Shown: positions 1 through 5,214, counted from the first letter of the stretch. The stretch: 5,478 nt of DNA from Promethearchaeota archaeon (GCA_048940375.1 JBHLOP010000147.1:1-5478); one strand, 5' to 3'. Notes: generated by a model from the letters alone, not told the origin. Program-made: numbers and translations.

Positions 1-533
1 AAAGGCCAATCATCAAGAAACCATTCTACAGGAAACTCAATCAACTTTTTGGCAATATTTGGAAACTGTATAATATAAGGTCGATCATCCGCCATCAGAC
101 TCGAATCATAAATATAACCCATCTCTGAAATCAACTGAAGTGTATTATGAGCCAGTCTCCAATATGGTGCTCTAAACCCCTTTACTGAACCTGAACCTCC
201 AATTTTTTCAAGAGCCTTGTGAGTCCTTTGAAGTGCTTCTTTTTGCTCATAGACTGAGAGGGTGTCAAAATTCTCATGTAGATAGCCATGTGCGGCAATT
301 TCGTGGTTTTGTGAAACGATTTCGCTTACAGTGTCTGAATACTCATCTGCAACCCATCCACAAGTAAAAAATGTTCCTTGAATTTTGTGTTTCTTAAAGA
401 GCTCAAGTATTCTAGACAAGCCTCGATTAACCGCAAATTGTCCTTTTGAGACTCTTACTGCTTCTTCAAGTGCTCGAATTTGGACACTTTCTGCATCATA
501 GTCAAAAGTCAAGCATACAATAATATCTGTCAT
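1..533 (-). CDS. Polysaccharide deacetylase / NodB-homology (CE4) family protein; N-terminal 177 codons, 3' end runs off the window
   Basis: Absent from the ORF track because there is no stop codon inside the window. Manual minus-strand translation from ATG 533-531 is open to position 1: MTDIIVCLTFDYDAESVQIRALEEAVRVSKGQFAVNRGLSRILELFKKHKIQGTFFTCGWVADEYSDTVSEIVSQNHEIAAHGYLHENFD...VKGFRAPYWRL...GYIYDSSLMADDRPYIIQFP...FPVEWFLDDWP. NodB-domain hallmarks are present: a TFDxD motif, a GTFF strand and an HxxxH metal motif (HGYLH). There is no signal peptide. GTGAT (minus strand of 538-542) lies 4 nt upstream of the ATG. Confidence 0.8.
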   Translation of the reverse strand, partial: MTDIIVCLTFDYDAESVQIRALEEAVRVSKGQFAVNRGLSRILELFKKHKIQGTFFTCGWVADEYSDTVSEIVSQNHEIAAHGYLHENFDTLSVYEQKEALQRTHKALEKIGGSGSVKGFRAPYWRLAHNTLQLISEMGYIYDSSLMADDRPYIIQFPNIAKKLIEFPVEWFLDDWP

Positions 534-551
534 ATTTATCACTTTTTAGTT

Positions 552-568
552 AAAAAAAATTATATAAT
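552..568 (-). promoter_or_regulatory. TATA-like box (minus strand ATTATATAA, 568-560) followed by a T8 run (559-552), between the membrane-protein gene and the deacetylase gene
   Basis: Read on the minus strand, the sequence after the upstream stop (588-586) is tagtctcaaaataatggATTATATAATTTTTTTTaactaaaaaGTGATaaatATG. The TATA centre is about 31 nt from ATG 533, which suggests a very short leader. The T8 run could also act as an archaeal oligo-T terminator for the upstream gene. The two roles cannot be separated from sequence alone. Confidence 0.35.
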
Positions 569-585
569 CCATTATTTTGAGACTA

Positions 586-1116
586 TTATTTTCTTTTGCG
601 CTTTTTCTTCTTCCTTGTGCCAAATAATTCTATTGCAGATACATATGCAAGTGCTACTGCTCCAATACATATTCCTGCAGCCGCAATAATCAGAAATACG
701 GGGTTTTCAGATGTTTCTCTTTCTGGAGGATTAATAATGGTAACACTAGATTGTCCGTAATAGGTATCTCCTCCAGCTTGGACTTCTGCTGTCAAATTCC
801 ACGTTCCAATTGTTAAGGACGAAGTGTTAAAAGTCGTTTTGTAAACACCAGGTTGGAGTTTTGCAAACATTGAAGATTTTACTTCAAACTCTTTTGATAG
901 TTGACTAAAAGTGAGTTTAATTCTAGCGTTTCCGACTGGGTTTCCATTATCAAAAACGGTTACATTGATATCAAGCATAGTACCTTTGACAACTTGATTT
1001 TCAAAGGGGATGATATTGACTGCAACGTCTGCGTGAGTTTCTTTAGGATATATACTTAATGAGATCGTAAGAACAAACAAGATTGAAATTAAAATCCATT
1101 TCCTGTTTCGGTACAC
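586..1116 (-). CDS. Small secreted, C-terminally membrane-anchored protein: signal peptide, single beta-sandwich (Ig/CARDB-like) ectodomain, TM helix, polybasic tail
   Basis: 176-aa ORF with a GTG start at 1116-1114, preceded by GGGGG and a 7-nt spacer. The N-terminus VYRNRKWILISILFVLTISLSIYPKETHA-DV has the charged, hydrophobic and small-x-small layout of a signal peptide. The middle ~110 aa alternate beta-strand-like segments (NVTVFDNGNPVGNARIKLTF, GTWNLTAEVQAGGDTYYGQSSVTII). The C-terminus is PPERETSENPVFLIIAAAGICIGAVALAYVSAIELFGTRKKKKRKRK, a TM helix followed by eight K/R. No family is recognised. Confidence 0.7.
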   Translation of the reverse strand: MYRNRKWILISILFVLTISLSIYPKETHADVAVNIIPFENQVVKGTMLDINVTVFDNGNPVGNARIKLTFSQLSKEFEVKSSMFAKLQPGVYKTTFNTSSLTIGTWNLTAEVQAGGDTYYGQSSVTIINPPERETSENPVFLIIAAAGICIGAVALAYVSAIELFGTRKKKKRKRK

Positions 1117-1158
1117 ATATAAGCCCCCGTTTTTTAAAGATGGATAAATTTCGCTAAT

Positions 1159-1184
1159 AAGACTTATAAAATCTGCTAAGTCTT
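1159..1184. promoter_or_regulatory. 8-bp perfect inverted repeat (AAGACTTA 1159-1166 / TAAGTCTT 1177-1184) bracketing a TATA-like TTATAAAA, in the divergent intergenic region
   Basis: Read directly: taAAGACTTAtaaaatctgcTAAGTCTTttt. The spacer is 10 nt. The TATA-like element 1164-1171 overlaps the left arm. The site lies between the divergent starts at 1116 (-) and 1246/1276 (+). It is a candidate promoter with an operator. The TATA centre is about 50 nt from GTG 1116, which would leave a leader of roughly 25 nt. Confidence 0.3.
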
Positions 1185-1275
1185 TTTAAACTTATCATGT
1201 AAAGTTTATTTGCTTCGTTTATATGAAATAATATATAGTTGAGTTTTGAGGGAGGCGCTAAATCAATTGCAAACG

Positions 1276-1815
1276 ATGAAACGTGTGAAAGAAGGAGTTT
1301 TACAACTGCTTGAAAACAGAAGATATGAAGTCGAATCGATCGAGGAGACCGAGTCAGAAATTGATATCCTCGCAAAAAAGAAAGAGGATAAAAAAGAACT
1401 AAAGTTTTTAGTACGCATTCCTAGTAAAAATGTTGTCGGCGTTGCATTAGTACGAGCATTAGATAAAGCAATGAAAAAACATAGTGTAGATCAGGCGCTA
1501 CTTGCAACTTTAGAAAGATATACGCCTGCCGCAAAAGCTGAATCAAAAAAGAAGAATATTGAATTACTTCCAACAAAGTATCCCATTTTTAATATTTTTG
1601 AGCATGTTCTTGTTCCAAAACATGAATTATTGTCTGAAAAGGAAGCGAAAGAAGTTTTAAAACACTATAACATTAGCAAATTTCAACTTCCTGCGATTAA
1701 AGCAGCGGATCCCGCAGCAAAAGCTATAGGTGCAAAACCTGGACGAATAGTAAAAATATATCGAGAAAGCCCAACTGCTGGTTTACACATCGTCTATCGA
1801 GTCGTTGTAGAATAG
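1276..1815 (+). CDS. rpoH: DNA-directed RNA polymerase subunit H (Rpo5/Rpb5 homologue), long form with an N-terminal Rpb5-N-like (restriction-endonuclease-fold) domain
   Basis: The C-terminal ~75 aa (nt ~1582-1812), [75 protein letters not shown], match the archaeal RpoH / eukaryotic Rpb5 C-domain signature (H-x-LVP-x-H, QLP-x-I, DP-x-A, Y-R). An additional ~105-112 N-terminal residues are in frame with no stop. The start is unresolved: TTG 1246 (track), TTG 1267 (11 nt after the SD-like GAGGGAGG at 1248-1255) or ATG 1276. The stop is TAG 1813-1815. Confidence 0.85.
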   Translation: MKRVKEGVLQLLENRRYEVESIEETESEIDILAKKKEDKKELKFLVRIPSKNVVGVALVRALDKAMKKHSVDQALLATLERYTPAAKAESKKKNIELLPTKYPIFNIFEHVLVPKHELLSEKEAKEVLKHYNISKFQLPAIKAADPAAKAIGAKPGRIVKIYRESPTAGLHIVYRVVVE

Positions 1816-1817
1816 TC

Positions 1818-1823
1818 TTTTTT
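1818..1823 (+). terminator. Oligo-T (T6) archaeal-type termination signal just after the rpoH-like stop
   Basis: TAG tc TTTTTT ac, read directly. Archaeal RNAP terminates at T-runs without needing a hairpin. Read-through into cofD, 48 nt downstream, cannot be excluded. Confidence 0.4.
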
Positions 1824-1855
1824 ACATTTCCGCGGATTATTGTTTTGTTATTATT

Positions 1856-1863
1856 AGGAGGTG
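1856..1863 (+). promoter_or_regulatory. Strong Shine-Dalgarno element AGGAGGTG serving cofD
   Basis: An 8-nt match to the SD consensus AGGAGGTGAT, 7 nt upstream of in-frame ATT 1871 and 19 nt upstream of TTG 1883. Confidence 0.7.
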
Positions 1864-1870
1864 CGCAGTA

Positions 1871-2809
1871 ATTCGCATTACGTTGTTAAGTGGAGGGACT
1901 GGTACTCCAAAATTACTACAAGGTCTTATAAGGCTTGTTTCTGAGGAAAATTTAACAATAATTTGCAATACTGCAGATGATTACTATTTTTATGGTCTTT
2001 ATGTCTGTCCAGACATTGATTCTGTACTCTACTGCCTAAAAAGTTTTTTAGATGAAGAAAAATGGTGGGGGATAAAAGGCGACACTTTTAACTGTCTTGA
2101 AATGTTAAAACTATATGGTTATGATCCATGGTTTCAATTAGGGGATCGCGATCTTGCGCTTCATATCCATAGAACGCGTTTATTAAATGAAGGTCTTTCT
2201 TTATCTGAGATTATCAATGATGTCTGCATGCGCTTGAATATAGCGCCTCATGTAATTCCCATGACTGATCAGAAAGTCACCACAATGGTCTTCACTGACA
2301 AGGGTAAATTGAATTTTCAAGAGTTTTGGGTACGGGAACATGCAAATGTAAAGGTATTCTCAGTCGAATTTGAAGGAATTAGTAGAGCAGAGCCAACCCA
2401 AGATGTAATTGACTCAATTATAGAAAGTGATGCCATAATTATCGGACCAAGTAATCCTGTTACCTCAATAGGGCCTATTCTGGAAGTACAAGGTGTCAAA
2501 ACAGCCTTAGAAAGGACGCAAGGCATGAAAATCGCGATTTCTCCTATAATCGGAGAACAACCATTGAGCGGTCCTGCAGGTCAACTTATGGAGACTCAAA
2601 ATCTTAGTGTTTCTCCGTATGCTATTGCAAAGATCTATTCGAACTTCTTAGACGTTCTAATTATACATAGTACTGATAAAGGATTGGTTCCTCAAATTGA
2701 AGAACTTGGAATTTCTGTGGTTTTAACTAACATCATAATGAAGAGCCTTGATGATAAAATCAATCTAGCCCAAGAAATCCTTCGTTTAATTGAGGAAAAA
2801 ACATGTTAA
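1871..2809 (+). CDS. cofD: 2-phospho-L-lactate transferase (LPPG:FO 2-phospho-L-lactate transferase), coenzyme F420 biosynthesis
   Basis: The protein shows the CofD family pattern throughout: LSGGTGTPKLLQGL, CPDIDSVLY, WWGIKGDTF, FQLGDRDLALHIHRT, IPMTDQKVTT, IIGPSNPVTSIGPIL, ISPIIGEQPLSGPAGQLM. The frame opens after TAG 1808-1810. I place the start at ATT 1871 from SD spacing and N-terminal completeness (IRITLLSGGTG). The track start, TTG 1883, is the conservative alternative. The stop is TAA 2807-2809. Confidence 0.9.
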   Translation: MRITLLSGGTGTPKLLQGLIRLVSEENLTIICNTADDYYFYGLYVCPDIDSVLYCLKSFLDEEKWWGIKGDTFNCLEMLKLYGYDPWFQLGDRDLALHIHRTRLLNEGLSLSEIINDVCMRLNIAPHVIPMTDQKVTTMVFTDKGKLNFQEFWVREHANVKVFSVEFEGISRAEPTQDVIDSIIESDAIIIGPSNPVTSIGPILEVQGVKTALERTQGMKIAISPIIGEQPLSGPAGQLMETQNLSVSPYAIAKIYSNFLDVLIIHSTDKGLVPQIEELGISVVLTNIIMKSLDDKINLAQEILRLIEEKTC

Positions 2810-3603
2810 AGTTGCAAAATCCTGCAATACTATCCGCAATAGCAGGAGTTACTAATGGCGATTTTTGTGCACGAGTTGCGAAAGCTGGGGCTGGTATGAT
2901 CACTCTTGGCGGATTTAATTTTGATAAAGCAACGCTTAGCGCAGCAAGACTGATCACAACTAGAGAAAGGCCAGAATTTATTATAGCTCTCGAGGAACTG
3001 CCAGAATATACTGAACGTCAAGTTTCAGTTGCCCGTGAAGGAAAAACTCTCGTAAATATAAATATACGTGTTTCCTCAAGAAATGGATTACTTCTGGCAG
3101 CAAAAATATCACAGGATTCAGGTGCGGATGCTCTTGAACTAAATGCACATTGTAGGCAACCGGAAATTATTGATCTAGGAACTGGACAAGCACTCCTAAA
3201 AAACTCCAAAAAATTGTGTCAGTGGATTAAAATCCTCAAAAATAATGTGAATATCCCTCTAATTGTTAAAATTCGGGCAAACATTGTTGATGAAGTGACT
3301 TTAGTGAAAAAGATAGTTATAGCAGGTGCAGATGCTATTCATGTCGATGCAATGAAACCTGGATATCCTTACGCTGACTTAGACATTATAAAAAGGATAT
3401 CCTACAATGTCGATACATTTTTGATAGGTAATAATTCTGTAAAAGACATTAATTCAGCAATACAAATGCTGAACGCCGGTGCCGATGCATTTTCTATTGC
3501 TAGGGCTGCTATTAATAATCCTGAAATAGTTGGGCAAATTGGGAACGCTATAATGAAAGAATTCAAAGAAAGATTAAAAAAACGTTACATTCTCTTTAAG
3601 TAA
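2803..3603 (+). CDS. Archaeal Dus/NifR3-like FMN-dependent TIM-barrel oxidoreductase (dihydrouridine-synthase / dihydroorotate-dehydrogenase superfamily); precise substrate unknown
   Basis: 266 aa. The motif LELNAHCRQPEIIDLGTGQALL parallels the Dus motif (D/E)-x-N-x-G-C-P...G-x-G-x-x-L-L, including the catalytic Cys. This is followed by IPLIVKIR (the FMN-contacting K-x-R strand), GADAIHVDA, and LIGNNSV...GADAFSIARAAINNPEI (the phosphate-binding C-terminal strands). As I recall, short, exclusively archaeal NifR3-related TIM-barrel proteins form a recognised family. ATG 2803 overlaps the cofD stop (ATGTTAA), and GAGG lies 7 nt upstream. Confidence 0.7.
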   Translation: MLKLQNPAILSAIAGVTNGDFCARVAKAGAGMITLGGFNFDKATLSAARLITTRERPEFIIALEELPEYTERQVSVAREGKTLVNINIRVSSRNGLLLAAKISQDSGADALELNAHCRQPEIIDLGTGQALLKNSKKLCQWIKILKNNVNIPLIVKIRANIVDEVTLVKKIVIAGADAIHVDAMKPGYPYADLDIIKRISYNVDTFLIGNNSVKDINSAIQMLNAGADAFSIARAAINNPEIVGQIGNAIMKEFKERLKKRYILFK

Positions 3604-4085
3604 GCTGGGACTTCAAGTACTTCAATGTAAAATTCACATTCAGGGTCTCCTTTTCCATAGCACCTGATCTCGCGCACAAGACATCGTCTGTCTTTTAATC
3701 GTTCAATGACACCTGAAATGAGTCCTGTTTCAAAGCTACATGCAGGCTTTCCTAGATTTGGCAGACCTGCAGATGATAGGGTCTCCAATAATATCAGATT
3801 TCCATTTCCTTTATCTGAATCAAATGAAAATGTTTTTGTTCTTGCAATACCTTTCTTTTCCATCCACTGCAAAAATTCTTCGAATTCCTTAAATTTTGTT
3901 CTCCTACCCAATGCTTTACCACCCGCATAAGCTAGTGTTTTTGACGCATCCTCTCCAACGACATCACGTAGGCTGAATAAACTTAATGCTCTGAATAGTC
4001 GAATGTCGATAGTTGCGCCTAAATTAGGCCGGTCAACAATATCAAGTTCTGGCATTCTAACCTTTTCCAATATTCCCAACTCCAA
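3585..4085 (-). CDS. Stand-alone V4R (4-vinyl reductase) domain protein, predicted small-molecule-binding
   Basis: The C-terminal half, ETLSSAGLPNLGKPACSFETGLISGVIERLKDRRCLVREIRCYGKGDPECEFYIEV, fits the V4R pattern E-x...C-x-x-x-x-G-x-x-x-G...E-x-x-C-x-x-x-G-D-x-x-C-x-F. The N-terminal half (LFRALSL...GEDASKTLAYAGGKALG) matches the helical part of COG1719-type hydrocarbon-binding proteins. The start is uncertain: TTG 4085 (track) or ATG 4055. The stop is TAA (3587-3585). Confidence 0.75.
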   Translation of the reverse strand: MELGILEKVRMPELDIVDRPNLGATIDIRLFRALSLFSLRDVVGEDASKTLAYAGGKALGRRTKFKEFEEFLQWMEKKGIARTKTFSFDSDKGNGNLILLETLSSAGLPNLGKPACSFETGLISGVIERLKDRRCLVREIRCYGKGDPECEFYIEVLEVPAYLKRM

Positions 4086-4133
4086 AAAGTAAGATAACCA
4101 TTAGTCCTTATGTCATCTCACCTTTCGACCTAG

Positions 4134-4138
4134 AAAAA
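4134..4138 (-). terminator. Oligo-T (T5) run 15 nt downstream of the leuB-like stop on the minus strand
   Basis: Minus strand reads TAA tttcttccaaaagaTTTTTctagg. This is a weak signal. The V4R gene 67 nt downstream may still be co-transcribed. Confidence 0.3.
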
Positions 4139-4152
4139 TCTTTTGGAAGAAA

Positions 4153-5169
4153 TTAAAATCTGGAAAGTAACTCTCTTATGAAGTCGTTCGTAGTATTTTT
4201 ACCGCCAAGATCTGGAGTTCTAATGTTGGTTTCTTCATATATTTGTAAAATAGAGTTTTCAAGATCTTTTGCTGCCTGTTTTGCATCATTTATCGAATAT
4301 TTTTCACTTAGCCAATCTAGCATCATCGAGCAACTTAACAATATTGCAGTAGGATTCGCTATACCCTTTCCTTCAATATCAAAAGCCGCACCATGGACTG
4401 GTTCAAACATAGCAATATCCTGTCCGAGGTTTGCAGAAGGAAGAATGCCCAAACTTCCAGTCACCCCTGCAGCTTCATCGCTTAGAATATCTCCAAACAT
4501 GTTAGTAGTAACTAGGGTATCAAATTGTTGAGGATTAATCACCAGTTGGTATGCTGCGTTATCTACATACATTTCGTTTATATCGATCTCACTAAAATTC
4601 TTTGCAATTTCTATGCAGACATTTCGAAAGAATATGCAACTTATCATCACATTAGCCTTATGAACAATAGTTAGTTTTTTGCGCCTTTCCTTTGCTATTT
4701 TACAAGCAACAGTCATGATACGTTCAGTTGCTTCCTTTGTGATCATTCGAACATTAATCGCACATTCTTTTGTTATATCTTCTATTTTCTTATAGAGCCC
4801 CTCAGTATTTTCTCTAACAATTACCAAGTCAACTCCTGAATGAATACTCGGAATGACAGGAATAGTTTTTGCGGGCCTGATGTTTGCGAAGAGGTTGAGT
4901 TCTTGTCTAAGGGGCAAAACTACGTATCTTGCTGTTTCACCAATCGGTGCTTTCAGGCAACATGAACACTTTTTAATTTCGTCTATGGCATTACTGGGCA
5001 ATGCATGACCAGTTTCCTTTAGAGCCTTGTCACCTGCAAATATCTCCTTAAACCGAAAGGAAAAATTATATTTATCTGATAACATCTCAAGCACTTTGCT
5101 TGTAGCAGTAGTTATCTCAGGTCCAATTCCATCCCCTGAAATAACGGCGATTTCAAATGTCTTTGTCAT
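4153..5169 (-). CDS. leuB: 3-isopropylmalate / homoisocitrate dehydrogenase family enzyme (short archaeal LeuB type beta-decarboxylating dehydrogenase)
   Basis: Family signature NMFGDILSDEAAGVTGSLGILPSANLG, plus GDGIGPEI, LRQELNLFANIRPAK, VIVRENTEGLY, HKANVM, YVDNAAYQL and FEPVHGAAFDIEGKGIANP. All substrate- and metal-binding R/Y/K/D positions appear present. I prefer ATG 5169 (MTKTFEIAVISGDGIGPE) over the track's GTG 5178, because that GTG is part of a GTGAT SD-like element 4 nt upstream of the ATG. Substrate specificity (isopropylmalate, homoisocitrate or AksF-like) cannot be decided by eye. Confidence 0.85.
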   Translation of the reverse strand: MTKTFEIAVISGDGIGPEITTATSKVLEMLSDKYNFSFRFKEIFAGDKALKETGHALPSNAIDEIKKCSCCLKAPIGETARYVVLPLRQELNLFANIRPAKTIPVIPSIHSGVDLVIVRENTEGLYKKIEDITKECAINVRMITKEATERIMTVACKIAKERRKKLTIVHKANVMISCIFFRNVCIEIAKNFSEIDINEMYVDNAAYQLVINPQQFDTLVTTNMFGDILSDEAAGVTGSLGILPSANLGQDIAMFEPVHGAAFDIEGKGIANPTAILLSCSMMLDWLSEKYSINDAKQAAKDLENSILQIYEETNIRTPDLGGKNTTNDFIRELLSRF

Positions 5170-5214
5170 ACTTATCACATTGAACGATGATAGCTAAAAA
5201 GTGTTAGTGTAATC

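Noticed and set aside
480-689. 69-aa plus-strand ORF from the track
   Set aside because: It runs antisense across the deacetylase start, the promoter/terminator spacer and the 3' end of the membrane-protein gene. It has a low-complexity, AT-driven composition (runs of I, F, L, Q), no SD and no recognisable motif. It is a shadow ORF.
1154-1375. 73-aa minus-strand ORF from the track
   Set aside because: It spans the divergent promoter region and then runs antisense to the 5' part of the well-supported rpoH-like gene. It has no SD in register and no family resemblance.
1276-1581. N-terminal domain of the RpoH-like protein as an active Mrr-type restriction endonuclease fused to RpoH
   Set aside because: The Asp of the G-I-D-like segment is present (EIDIL). 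The position expected for the (E/Q)-x-K catalytic motif reads FLVRIPSK, with no acidic or Gln residue. The downstream segments match Rpb5-N better than Mrr. An inactivated nuclease fold is the more economical reading.
1861-1863. GTG inside the AGGAGGTG element as a possible cofD start
   Set aside because: It is in a different reading frame from cofD. That frame reaches a TGA stop 81 nt downstream of the GTG. The triplet is part of the SD, not a start.
2317-3209. Four minus-strand ORFs from the track (2317-2526, 2760-2957, 2830-3021, 3018-3209)
   Set aside because: All lie fully antisense to cofD or the TIM-barrel gene, whose family motifs are unambiguous. They are Ser/Cys/Pro-rich antisense-frame products and overlap each other.
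3624-3640. Small hairpin AATGT-N7-ACATT near the convergent gene ends as a possible terminator
   Set aside because: The stem is only 5 bp and AT-rich. It lies inside the V4R coding sequence and has no flanking T-run. This is expected by chance in AT-rich DNA.
3706-4531. Two plus-strand ORFs from the track (3706-3930 and 4178-4531)
   Set aside because: They are antisense shadows of the V4R gene and the leuB-like gene respectively, with no independent support.
5185-5193. cGATGATAg as a C box of a C/D-box sRNA in the leuB/cofC intergenic region
   Set aside because: It does not match RUGAUGA (ATGATA rather than TGATGA). No CUGA D box or terminal stem lies at a suitable distance on either strand. 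The intergenic regions at 1117-1245 and 4086-4152 were also negative.
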